From positions 310,001 through 374,000 of the forward strand of contig NW_026782173.1 of NCBI RefSeq assembly GCF_031769215.1: a stretch of DNA of 64,000 nt, given 5' to 3'. Both the position numbers and the translations under genes were made by a program. The stretch is from Ylistrum balloti. Lineage: Eukaryota. The notes below the pieces were generated by a model, which saw only the letters and a program-made list of their open reading frames with translations, was not told the origin of the DNA and made no database searches. Below, one piece after another: positions 10,677-24,800 of this stretch; the stretch's first letter is position 1, and each line of letters starts with the position of its first letter.

Positions 10677-12748
10677 AGTATACTAGATATCATCAGTGCG
10701 GATACTTAAAGTAACTTGACACATTGACGAAATTAACGATAACAAATGCTGATAATTAACGAATCAAAATGATTGTTTCACAATAAACTGCAACATTTAA
10801 ACGTGTGAAGGAAGAAGAAAAAATACCTTAGCATTTGTACATCCTTATAACTTCCATGAAGCCGTTTAATTTTCACGGTAGTGATATTTTAAAGCAAGGC
10901 ATTCATAAATTCGGACATCCAACCGTTATAGCAGCCGTTGCAGATGGTTACATGCAGTGGGAGATACGTGCTTAATATAAACATAATTTAAAATCAATTT
11001 TGGCATTTCTTACCCCTCTTCTTTCCGCCAATAGTTAGATGGCAATCTGAAGGACATGTATTGTCAGAAACTACTTTTGTAAGGATAAACACGAACAGTT
11101 CAACAAATTAATGCACCAATGGAAAGAACAAATAAAAAACTAAATCGCAATTGTTTACAAACTATGGTAACAGGACTAGCACCAAGGCACCAGCTGAACA
11201 ACGGGAGAAACAATTTAAAGACGTATATAGTAATACATCTGATATATTACAACGTACATGCGTTTCCGTTTGGTATGTGATTCATGAAAGATTTTTTTTT
11301 ATTTTAGCGAGCCTCTGGCAAGCTAAAATGAAAACATAGTGATGGTTTTCATAATTCACATATCAAATAGAATGAATTATGATCTTTTTCTTTTTGTCAC
11401 ATGATCGATTATTCAGGCAAATATTGTCGAAAACTGATATTTTCATGAGAAACTTAAATCATTTCGACTCAATCGTCTCCATTATTACGTCACAATATGA
11501 GCGTGTGACATCAATAGGTTACATACAGAGAAAAGTGACTTACAAAAATGAGTAAAATTATTTTTCCGGTTATTTCATTATAATATTGAATGTATCTACA
11601 TTGAATTTTCCAAAAATGCTATCTACATGAGGGCTCTTGTCTATGCTGGGGGTACGTTATCCTCAGCATCAATGTATACTTATGTTTACACTTCTGTATA
11701 GTATATAGGTGGAATGGACAAAAGTGTTACTTTGGTATGATAACTGAATAACTTGGCAATCATTTGATAAATAGACCTACTGATATTGATATCGGTTCTA
11801 TTGCAGATGCGTCATCGCTTATTTTTGGTATGTCATTGGAAATCATCATAACTGATATATCTTACGAAAATGGCATGATATTACGAAACGGTATCGTTGC
11901 CTGCTGATATATGTTCACGTTAAGCCAGTTAATCAAGCGGCAATTTCCTTTTCGGAATCAGACGAGTCTACCATCAAATTTGGGAGCTGACGGGTTTATC
12001 AGTCTGTATGCCCACACAGCATGCCAGTATTGATATGAACGCTGGAAACATGACTAGAACGTGTTTTCGGCAACAAGTATTATGTCTGAGATAAGGCGGA
12101 GTTGCATGGCAAGGTCTGTGGTGGAATACAACAATTTCCCTTAAGAGGCGGTATCATTATCCAGTATACAAACAAAAACTTCAATCATAAAAAAATTAAA
12201 TACTACATCGTGTCTTTTCCAAAGTACAAGAACGAAACGATGAACAATGATATTAATAATAAAAAATGGTGAAAACAATTTTTGATCTTAGAGATGGCTT
12301 TCATTTACCGGTATACCGACATATCATATAACCATTTATACAGTACACTGTAGGGTTGAAGATCAACAGGTCTAAGTTAGATTTGTTAGTAACGCGTGGT
12401 AAACAGGACAACTCCCTTCAATAAGGCAAGAACAAACTTGAATCCAGGTGTGTTAAGTAACTATGACGTAAACAAATTGTAATATAGAAAGATAAAACAA
12501 CGAGTTAACTAGCCAGTCGGTCCGTTAGGTATATAACGTGGTCACGGAGGTATTCCGTCCTAAGCATTCCTGTTATGAACGTGTGCGAAAGATAATCCGT
12601 TTCTCGGAATAATGATTGTTGCATCCAAGTTGTCTGTCCTGTCAATATCCAATTTGGCCCCACTAGATCACAACATTATCATAAATGGTTCAAACAGCGC
12701 AACCTGTGGTCCATATCTTGGTATGGCATTGTTGTTGTTCCGTACTTT

Positions 12749-12873
12749 TCATACAAGGGCGTGCCACTGTGTTATCTGTTCTTTCTGATTGGCCACCATC
12801 TCATTCCAGTGATCGAGTTCCTTTCCGCGCGCAAACATGAACGATCCCAGGATCACGCGACCGAGCACTTTGT
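12749..12873 (-). CDS. SYT15: SYT15-like last coding exon (end of C2B)
   Basis: Acceptor ctttttcag|, peptide DKVLGRVILGSFMFARGKELDHWNEMVANQKEQITQWHALV, stop TGA at 12751-12749. Confidence 0.93.
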
Positions 12874-15800
12874 CTGAAAAAGAGAAACAAGTTTTGTATT
12901 ATACACCTGGTAGTAGAGTTACATGATCAGAAAAAAGTTTGTAAGGACGAGACCCAGAAGCAACTAGAAGCAAGCATTACATTTACATTACTAACTTAGA
13001 ATCACATTAGACCATATATATGCTGGCAATTAATGATTTATTAAAAACGAAACGAATAAGTTTTAGGTTTCATAAAACAGCCGACACGAAACAAAAATAA
13101 CCAATATGGTATGTTTGTTCAACGTATCGTTTTTGTATCCTAAAATTAAGGTTTATGAAGTTCTGATTACATGGACTATTCAAGATAAGGTTATGTGACT
13201 CCATTTATTTAGAAAGTTAATGTAAATTACTATTCCCTTGTATTTACACACTGTTAACTTAGTACACCTGCACCTACTCAACAACGTAATGATAATATAG
13301 AAATAACATGTCACGTGTAACAGTTTACCAAAGAAAATTACTTTGTTGAAAAGAAGGTAGTGAAGTCGCGACTGACTTATTTTAAAACCATAAAAAAGCA
13401 AAAAAAAAAAAAAAAAAAAAAACCCAGTTTGTTATGATGTTGGACAAATTCTGTTAATATAACGGTGATCCCCAGCTGGTCATTTCCCATACGGTTTACA
13501 CAGATGTGTTGACATGAAGGTGTTATACTTGAACACAAAACTATACAACAAGTCCTATTGTCCAGAATAACAAGTGCTCATCGAAGCTTGACATCCGAAA
13601 ATAGCCAGTCTGGATTATGTTAGCATAACCTGATTATGTTTTTATTCGGACGAAACATTTTACGGTGAAAGCATTTGTTTGAATTACATCAAATCATTGG
13701 AGATCGACGTGAGATATTTCATATCGGCAGTACCATTGATAAGGCGTACAAGACTACCGTGTAGTATCAGTGACAATCGACTACCAGGAGTTTATTCATG
13801 TTGACTTTGGGGATTTCTTTTTGTCCGGTCATTTGGTACACGATGCTATCAGGAACATTACAATATTTAATTTGATTCTTTGGCTTCTTTTTATTGAATC
13901 TAGTTTTTTACAAAACGATTGCATTCATCAGAAAAGACAGGTTTTCGTGTATTGTTTTATTGAGAAGCGTGTATGTCGATATCAGAGATTATTTGTATGT
14001 AGGGAATTTTTGAAATGGTTACGTAGTTCAGACCGCTGAACGATCCTGTTGTACCGATCCTACTGGGAAAACCTTCTACAGCATTTCTAACACTTTTGTT
14101 CTAGACATAAACAAGTTATCAGATAAACTATTTAGAATCAGTGTATTAAGGAAGCACACACAGTTTAGCACGCTGCCTTTAGCCTTCGGTAGAACAAGTT
14201 CCAAAGAGTATATTCAAATTAACCTTTTTTACTCTTCAAAGAGGATACGGAAAACCAGTTTATGCAATAATGTTTTGAAACAGTTAAGGCTCATCTTAAA
14301 TCTATAAGCCTGTCTTTGTGAAAAAGCTCTGAAATTTTATAATGACATTATAAATGCATTTATTTTGCGGAAACTTGAAAACAATCTGTAAATTATTTAT
14401 ATAATTGGTGGTCTCAAGGGTTCAAATATCTAAGTTTCCCTTGGAGAATGTCGATAATTTATTGACCATACGTACTGTGTAAAAAGGTGGAGATATTACT
14501 TGTACATGTTCTAGCACATTCCGTGTAGGCCATATACCAAAGTTCAATAAGCCAAATTAAATAACATAACAATAGGGAAAGCAAGAGGTAATGTAGTAGC
14601 AAACACAAACCATATTCACGTTCATTACCTCTCGTCATAATTAGATACAGTAGAGACGGATAATGAATTGAACTACAAAATACTGATGCTTCGCTCTTCC
14701 AGTGATACTAATTCTATTTGAAACCTTAAAGGCGACTGCGGAAAATCAGGCAAACGAAAGGTTCATCTTTACATCACTTTGTTGACAGAACAGTATGGCG
14801 TCAATCTTTCACGACAGGACCATTTCCCCTGAGCGGATAATTACTTATATGCATAGGTAGATAATTCATAAATTATATTTTAAAGCCTGATGTAATTTTT
14901 TCACAATAGTCAATGTTGAGAAAGGTATGTTTTTGATAACAGTCTTTCAAATAAATGCAAAATTAATCTTGAAATAATAATATGCAATTTTGATACCGGT
15001 ACTTCATTTTTTAAGAAAAAGCTATTTACCTGTGATATTTCTAATAATTAAATGGAGCGAAAACCTCCATTTATTAGGATGTCTATATAGTCAGATGCCT
15101 TTTCATGATTATTGGTGCTGAATTCGATAACCATTAACTATTCGTAATACCATTATACAGAATCATTTGGTCATTTTTTGTCCTTTGTTCTTCTTTCAGA
15201 TCATCAAACAATTTGACCACGTATCGACGATGAATATTTTATTCTCACCGACGATGGATTGAAGAATAATCGTTTTCTCTTTTAAACGAAAATAGGTCTG
15301 TCGACTGGACGAGAAAGGAGAATGAAGCGATATTTAGAGCAAAGCATTAAGAAGAATGATCTGTAAGACATGTCTGGTGATAGAATCCGTCATCAATCAA
15401 GCACCAGGAATGTCTGTAAACCTGGGGACATCGATCACATGATTCTGTGGGGGTGGGTATACCTCATTGTCATGTATCTCCATAGTCAAACGTATATACT
15501 AGTGTATGATTTTATCATACGAGCTTTAGTATTGTTTATGTTGGCGAACCTTGACGAGAAATATCAGGTAGCGACAATGAGTCTACTGGGCAGATCATCA
15601 AACATACTGATTTTGTATCTCGACAGGAAAGAGTTCTCGATGATATACTACTGAAAGCCTAAACTCCCCATCAACCTGCATGTCTCAAAACTTCGTGTTC
15701 TTAGCATGTCCGTCAGCAGTCGACAATATCACGGAAATCGTAATATTGGAAACAGGCCCTTGAATATTGAATTAACCGCAAATTGTCAATAAAATAAATG

Positions 15801-18800
15801 TGGAGTAGGCCTTGTCGATTATATGTACTGCCTATAACTCGCCCACGCCTGTCGATCACAATAGAATCAACCTATATAACGAGAAAGTAAAGATTGATTA
15901 AAAGAAGTATTTTTAACCAAAGTTATGCAGGAGTTGGGCTTTTGATCATATTTAATTATTTTGTAGATGTGTGAATCATGCTACAGATGAGTCATTTAAA
16001 AATATTCGAAGTAACGTAGTATTATTTGTAACTTATTGAAAATTTTCATGAGTTTGTGGATACCAATATTTTAGTGTGATCAATATCATACCGAATGCCA
16101 AACACCTAGACGTATACTCTGAAGTGTATTAAAACTGTTCTAGCTTCATGAGCCTTGTAAATGTCTGGTTTATTTGTGATCATAGCCTATGTTCCTTCCC
16201 CTTGAGTGTTGACGATGAATGTAGTGCCATCATCTACATCCTCTCATGAAAGACGAACAATATATCACGAAGCTTCGTTGGAGAGTTCATATTGTCACTA
16301 CGACATGTTGTATATCCCATTTGGACCCGACGCTCTTTAAAGAATGTACATGTCTCTTACAGTATCAATCGATAATTAAGTTGAATGCAAATACAGCGTA
16401 CTGATTACACTATATCAGTTTTACCCCTACATCACCTCAATACAGATTTACATCTGTTGCCTCCTACGAAATACACATATGTTCTCTCACTTTTCTGTGT
16501 GTATTTTTCCGGATAAAAAAGTGAATGATAAAACGGACAAGATTTTAAACCGTTTTATCGTTCACTGCTTCTTTAATGTCACGTATTGTGGTAAAGTGGT
16601 ACATGAGGATAATGGTATTCTGCCGAGATCATGAGGGTGTATTAGCACTCTACACAAAAACAAAATAGAACATTTTTTATTTGTAAACACTCTCATAAAA
16701 TTATAGAAATCTGTGGACTTTAGTAGTCATTTCTATCACGGAACATTTATTTGGTTGGGTTATTATGATCTGAACAAACTTTCTATTTATTTCAGTAAAA
16801 TGGTTGGTAATTCCAAATTGATGAAGATTTTAAATGATAAATTATCTTTTTCCTTTATCAACAGTTATTTTCTTCCGTAAATTGTTGGAAATCGTATATA
16901 TTGGTAATGGAAAAACATGTACAGATATCCGTCATGATGTCTGATAAGTTTGATGGTTTCTTTTGAATTTTTCATTTCTGAATAACAATATTCTTACATC
17001 TCCAACCTTCGCTGTTTCCATCTTGCAGTTGATTCCATAATGAAATATTTTTTTCCATTATCGCGATTTATAACAGACAAACTCCCAATATAAGGTTTTT
17101 TTTAGAGATGCAAGTTTATGAAAATTATGACGAAGTTTAACGTTTGTCATAATGATCTCATTTGGACATATTTCATCTATTTCCTTTGTGCAATATGAAG
17201 TCAGACCTTTTTGATGTTTGTTAGTATACCTGGGGGTTTGGCATTTTCACCTTGCTTTCATTTGGGAACTTACCTATTTGGATTGACCAATATTTACATG
17301 CCGGGTGTTGTCGATAAAGCGAAAAAATCATACCCTTCCGGAACACCTGGTCATATATTCCTTGATTCTCCGTGAACACCGTTGTTTTCTCCATATTTTG
17401 CCAAACTTGGATATGTTTAACTAATTGCTTTGTGTTTGAACACTCGTTTCAGTTATAGAAGATTAAGTACTTTCAATGAGGTGAGAATGCAATGAGGAGT
17501 CATACATTGGACGTACTAGTCGTGCCAGTAGAAGGACACATGGTCGTCTAAATTGTCTTGAGTGATGAAATTTGGCCGTCTCCATTATATGATGTTGATA
17601 AATTAGTCTCACACATGTACACTTACTTAAATAGTAGAACAAGTCATGCTAAATGCACGTAATTTCACAGGGTGTGAATCTTGTCTCCGAGGAGGGGTTC
17701 AAATAGTACACACTTTCCCACGAGTCATCCGTACACTTCAGCATGCCGCTGACAAGTACAACCTCTGTCTAGGATATAATACCAAGATATAGGTTCTGCT
17801 AATCACTTTCAAGAACCCTAATGATTGACTAGCGTACGTTTAGGTCGTAGACCGCTTGTATGTAATGTCTTGTTTGACCGTGTCTTGTAATACGTATTAA
17901 GTATCCTGTCATGACCATGTATTGCCAATAAAACATGCTTGCTTTGCCATAACCAACTTTTGACCTCTTTCAAGGCTTTTAAGGCATGCTGATGAGTATT
18001 TGTTAGTTTAATATACTATTATCAGACGCGAAAATAGTAGAGCCCACGTTTCCAAATACTTTCAATACACATATATCAAAAAAAAAAAAAAAAAAATTGA
18101 CGACCGGATTCATCTATTCTTACCTCGTTCTTATCATCTTCAATTATATCAAAAGTCTTTTTGTCATCAATACTTATTTACCAAACATTTATAACTAAAT
18201 TGTGTCTTGTTGTTTTATTGTCAATGGAACCTGTAAGTGCTGACATGAAATCGACCGAGGATGTTCATTTCGTCATATTGATTTGTAATACTGCCACATA
18301 TTGACCAGTAATAAGAGGTTGGCTACACAAGTTTATCATTATAGCTTTGTTCGAGAGGTTTATACAGGCAAACAGTAAAAAGATAATAATATCGTATTTG
18401 TATTTATGGAAAAATAATAAAGATAAATGATCGTAACTTTTCTGTTCTTTAGTTACTCTCTATGGATTATTGGGCCTATCAGGTCAAGTCAATCACCTAC
18501 AATAGCGTTGGGGACTTTGTTAGTCCAGTTTTGTTGGAATGCTCCTTGATCGTCTGAAGTTAGTTTGCGAGCTCAGATAACGATTATATGTAAATAACCA
18601 ACGAACGTAGTAAATGACTTTCTCATTTACATCCAAAATGCTGTGTAATATAAAAAGACCCCCAATGGGAAAAGAACACGACATGGGCTACGTTGTCGTG
18701 TATCGTTTCTTTAGTATCTAAGCCTGCAATTTAACATTAACGCATAACTTTTACAAAACAAAAATGCGATTTTTACGATACACGGCAAACGTTAACTCTA

Positions 18801-21800
18801 TTGGCATCCTTTGATGAATAAAAATGTTGGGTATAAGTGTATAAGTGGAGAGGATGATATATTCTTTTGCAGTTGACAGCAAACATGACAAATATGCAAT
18901 GGAACAATAGGTATCCTACCATTGTAGTACATATGTTGTTTTGTTTGAAAGCTTATTTTCAACACAACAGCCATAATCAAGAACATTGTTTATGCAATGT
19001 GTTTTAATAAAATACTTTAATTTTATCTTGCAAAATTAAGTTTGTGTTTAACTAATGTATGATGTAGCTAAATTATTTTTTTGTCTCTACTATATCTAAT
19101 TTGTATCTAAAGGTGCTATTAATTTGTATTGTTTTGCACAACATATCTTTGATATATACCATGATAAAATACCGTAGAATATCACCAGATTCAACAAAAA
19201 TGTATATCATACTGACCCTTGTGTCCACTTATATGTTGTACGGCCGTTATGTTGAGACTGGCAGCGTCCAGATTTGCTACTGGCAGTTTGAAGGTAAAGG
19301 ATTCACTAAAATTCGGACAGTCTGACTTCTTTACCACTTCCGTTTTCTTTGATTTGACAACACGGTTCTGCACATGTAAACATACTTTTACGAAGAAATC
19401 TGAAAAAAATGACAGACAGAATTTCTAGAGCGAAGTGTTGGGCACCATTTATTGCTTTCGATAAAAGGATAAGTCATTTCTACCACTCCTACTGATGGGT
19501 CTGCAGACTATATTGACAGATCAGAAGCTACTTCCACAACATCCTCGACATTAAGACGACTCACCAGTAACTAATCTGTATATATTTATATTATCTAACA
19601 AATGCTGCTTTAAGTATTTACTTTCAAAGTATGTGCTACTAACCATTTTGCTGTTTGTATATCCTATAGAAAAACCTAATAGCTATTCTTAATGTCCCTC
19701 TATTGTGATTTTCCTATTTAGATTTATTGAAACTTTATTGTAACTAAAAAAAATTCGCAGACCAGTTATTTCTGTTCAATTTAGCTCGCTGCCGAAGTTA
19801 CAAAGAATTAACTTTATGAATACGCCATGAGTTTTTAGAGGAAAATGGCATAGTGTAATACTGGAATATTTGTCTGAAAGCCCAAATCAATCAACGTCTA
19901 CAAAAAATCTTTATTAATTTATTCCTTGAAAGGCTTTGTATTGAGGGAAGGTCTGCTATAAATCAGACATAAACGAATATGATCCACAATGAAGTAATGA
20001 CATCGTTGAACAGCAACAAAACCTAGTTCATTATTTGCTGCTATTGCATATCTACCTGTTTACAGAGTTGCAAAAACAAAAATCGCGAAGAGTTCCTCAT
20101 CGCGACATCCACTATTACCAAATGTACGTAAGTAAAAATGGATCAATATTTTCTCTGACGTATCTGTGTTTAAGAAATGTATTTTTCGAAATCCATCCAA
20201 AATCAGAATTTTGTCATGCTCGTGACAATGTATTGCTGTTTAAGAAACAGAACACGCATCGATCTTACATCGATAGGACTTAATTAAGTACATGTTAAGT
20301 GAATTAAAACTCACAAGTAGTAGAAGAAGAAGAAGAAGAAAAGGAGGAGGAGAAGATGATGATGAAAAGGAGAGAGAAAAAAATGTTATCAATGTCAACC
20401 ACGTCGTAAAATTTATGATCTAACATTTATTCTGCCTTGACATCTAACGGTTATTTGATAAGTTAATTTCATGATTGCCCCAAGTTTGTGATTTTTCGGA
20501 TGCATAAAATTTCACTAGAATGCTGCCATTAAATCAATGTATGGCTTCGTTTAAATGCCAAGTAATGTAAACACAATAAAGCCACAAGAATATCACGCGA
20601 GATCCGATTTAATGGATTAAAGAAGACAATCAATGCACAATGTAAATAGCCGCCGGATTTTACGGTCACCGCATTCCGATTTTTATTTATTTGATTGATG
20701 GAAGTTCCGTTAAGTATCCAGTATCTTGTCATAGTGTGCGTGACTTCAGAATCTCGATAATGAGATGAGGAAAAAAATTGTATACGTTACCAGCGCTTTT
20801 ATATCATCATTATCTCAAAAAAAAAATTCAGTGTCCATTAAATATCTTATAACAACGATATAGTTTCACAATTACATTATTCGTCTTAAACATAAAATTA
20901 CGTTTCGGCGATAAGAGAATACCATTGATTAATAAGTGAGATGTACTTACCACTTAAAAGGCGTATCGAAATGTCGGACAATGCATAGATTTACAATATA
21001 CATTTGCACTGAAATGACCCACTTAATAAGTTTGATGCAACTTTGTTTACTCGACTTTTGTCAAAAATTGCTGCTAAATAAATATTCTTCATATAACAGA
21101 GAGAGTAAATAAGAAAAAACAAACTAATCAAAAGATACAAGTTTTCTTTTATGTTACAATAAACATTAAGTTCTCTGTTTGGTCCTATTTTCAAGATGTG
21201 AGCGGCATTGAACTAACAATATTTAATCTAATCAGTATTTGGACATAAATGCTCTCAGTGCATGGTCAATCAGTCTCATTGGGTGGTCAGTCAGTGCCTA
21301 CTCGTGTGATAAATGCTAAGGATTCCAAACAAAGTCGGATATATAATAACCGGCGCCGCTTCTGTAAATGGTATGTCCTCACTTGCGTAGAATACATTTA
21401 AGATGGACTCTAGGATTTTTAGTCTGTAATTTCGGAAAGCGGAATTGGTCTTGAGTGAATCTAACTTTCCCTTCATTGTGTTACTTAATCACAAGTGTAC
21501 TGTATTTGTGTACAAGGTGATAACAACTTACCAGACTCTATACAAAAATTCCATATGAATAAGATTGATCATGATATAAGATTATTAACCAACATACGTT
21601 TTGCTTCTTATTTTTCCATGTGGAGTAACTATTGAGTAAATGATAAGACAGAAGGAATTGCATTATTCCTACCGTTTGCGCCTTCCGATTTAAGTGCACG
21701 GCCCTCAAACACTCCCACCGTTAGCCTTTCCAGATGGTTGTTGTAGGATAACGACACTAGAAGCTCTCCCTTGTTGGTCACAGTCTGTAAATGTGGAAAG

Positions 21801-24800
21801 GTTCATATAAGTAGAATAAAGAAAACTTCAACATGGGATGCCAAAACCTTAAGAGAATATAGACATTTCAACAAAATCACATTTCAAAGTCAAAATTGGT
21901 TAAAGGAGGGCAAAATATATACAAAGGGAAGCTTGACACGGAAACCATTGAAAATATTCAGATGAAGAAGGCCGGTAGTCTTGGAAGGTTCAGTGTCTGG
22001 AGATTAAATCAACGACATCCACCATGTAGGCGAATTTCGCAAACAAAAATAAGTGTTCCCAAAGTATATCACATGTAATTACATTCAGTAAATACCCTCA
22101 TTATATCCATATTTTTCATTACATGTGTTATATGACCTGGTGAAACTTTGATTGACTGACGGTTCCCATTTTTCAGTTGTGACGTTATAGCTTCATGACA
22201 TCATTTGTTTTGCAGCGTCACCAATGAATGAGACATACAGCTAGAATATCACCATTGTAAATAGTATATCCGTATATCATGCTTTTCACGGTCGAGCGGA
22301 ATAACTTTTCGGGTAAAAATTTATTTCAGGGGGAAAAAGTTTTCAGCACTGTATAGCAAATATCAGTCTGTATCTAATGAAGATGAAAATCTTACAACTT
22401 TCTACGTAAATATCCTTACCGTATACCACGTTTTATGCTTGTGAGATAGATATGTGAAATTATGAAAGATCGATTAGATAACGTCAGCCATACTTTATAG
22501 GTGTAATGAAATAAGACATTTTCAAAAGTTTTGGGAATGCTGTTTAGACATTTCGCATTGATAAGTGGATAATGAATTACCAACTATATAAGTCTACATC
22601 AGCCGCTTATCTTGATCTTAACCAAGATTTACATGGCGGGTGTCGTCGAAGAAGCAGAAGACGATTACACTTTCGGAACACCTGGTCTTATTCTACTTTT
22701 TTCATGAATCTCCTTGTAATTTTATCTTTAGGTAATATTTTCCCCTTGTTTAATTGGATTTAAGTTTGGGCTATGATCATGTTGACATGTTAGAATTTTC
22801 TTTTTTTAATCACAATGAGAACATTATACCAGTGGAGGATACCAAGTATTTAAACGTCCTATCAAAATTGACAAAGATCAGAAAAAAATTTAGATATTAA
22901 AGACAAATCTGGTTTGTCGTTTTTATATTATATGGATCAAGTTTAATGTTTGTCAAAGGCATGTAACCATAACCCTGCATTTCACAATCTACCATACCTC
23001 TGTGACTTCTCGTTCCAAGTCTCGCCATATCACAAGCCGCTCGTTACTTTCTCCGTCGTGCTCCTTGAGAGGGTACAGCGCATGTCCAATCACGTTGTGC
23101 CTTTTATGACGATCTACGTCGTAAACTGTAAATTTTAATACTCTGTCCTGCAAGGACCTGGTGGAAACCTGCAAAAATAAGCAACTTACAAAACAAGAAA
23201 GTCCTACTTTATTCTGCAGAAGGGGATTGAATGTTTCTCACTAAGAACATGCTGACAACATTGAAAAATGTTAGTGATTTTATCAACTTATATCTCTCAA
23301 AATCCGATATTGTAGCGGAATTAAAGTTATTTCGAAATATGAAAAATCCCTAAAATACAAGTAGTTAAGGCATATGTTTGCGATGTACAACCATTTCTAT
23401 CATAACATAGAAAATACACAACATGGAAATTGAGATAATTAAATTCGTTAAATTGTTGCTGGCAACGTTGTCAGTACCGTATAGCTGGTAAGTTTTAACT
23501 GGTCAAAATTTTCGCGATCTGGATGTGAAAAGACATCTTATATACAAGTGTTTCATCATTTCACAAATGGAATTTTTCGCATTAACGTACCACGAAATAG
23601 CGAAAAAATTATCATCGCGAAAACTACAGGTTTAACTGTCTATGTAAGAAAAGAATTAAAATTGGTTATGTCCCTGAATTCAAGCTGGTGTTTTCTATGA
23701 AAATAAACGCATTATACTTGAGAAACTAGACTGTAGCAGGTTTAGACGTTAAGAGCAACAATAGTTGTGATAGTAAAATTATAGTCAGCTTACTTGAAAC
23801 ACATAGCTCTCCTCAAATTTTGGATTACATGTCTTCTTTTTAAATTTGGATTGTAGATAACGTCTCTCGTCAGGCATCAGGTATATTCTGCAAAACATGG
23901 CCAATGTTTAGATCAATAGATGTGGTAAATGTCAAATTCATTGAACTGCACCTTCTGCCTATTTGAATGTTTTTTTTAGCCGAACAGAGACGGCGAAAAC
24001 TGAAACAAATTGAATAAATGATTGATACAATGAATATATGTAATCAACTAGAAATTCTAAGCTTTGGTTTTTATTTTATATTTAATCAAAACAAAAAAAA
24101 GTTTTAGGCGAAGATTCATCACCTTTTGAAAGTCATGGTTTTCCCTGATAACGTCTAATTTCCTGTGTAGTCCTTACTTGCATTTTACCTAATATGGAAA
24201 CTTTCATTAGTGACAGAGACAGATTTATTTGCATATGTGTTGTATTGACTACTCAAAACAAAAAACACTTCCTCTTTTAGCGTCGAGTATTCCCAATCCT
24301 TCATGCCAAACTGAATGACATTGATTAACATTTTTTGTTCAGTGACAACATCCATGCACACGCAATTATACAATCAAGGTACATGGACATCCTTTTATGA
24401 CTGTGTATGGAAAACACAGCATTTATCAATCTTCGCAGAGATAGGTAAATAAGATCTTGATTTGTAATCACTTCGGTGTGGATAATAGCGGGGCTGGCGG
24501 GGAGAAGGATAGCCTCGTTGACACTCCACTGGTCATTAGATTCTCTAATAGCACACGAACAATTGGCATTACATTGAACACACAGCTACTTTGCAATTCT
24601 TAAATGTTCAGCTGTGTTTTACGACGCGAACTCATGCCAACTATCTCCCCTGAGTAGTTCTTTCATTTCTTGCATGAAACCTAAGCTTGCGGGGCACGAG
24701 AGTTCAGCTTGACCAATAACACGACAAGCCTAATTCGTGCCACGAACCCAACATATATCTGAATCGTGTGCAGTAAATAGTTCATTACTTACAAATGAAG

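Noticed and set aside
17700-18000. LINE 3' end on -
   Set aside because: There is only a vague resemblance across several frames, not enough to annotate.
20320-20385. Purine-rich triplet tract (also 25020-25075, and poly-C at 56727-56770)
   Set aside because: Ordinary simple-sequence repeats with no further structure.
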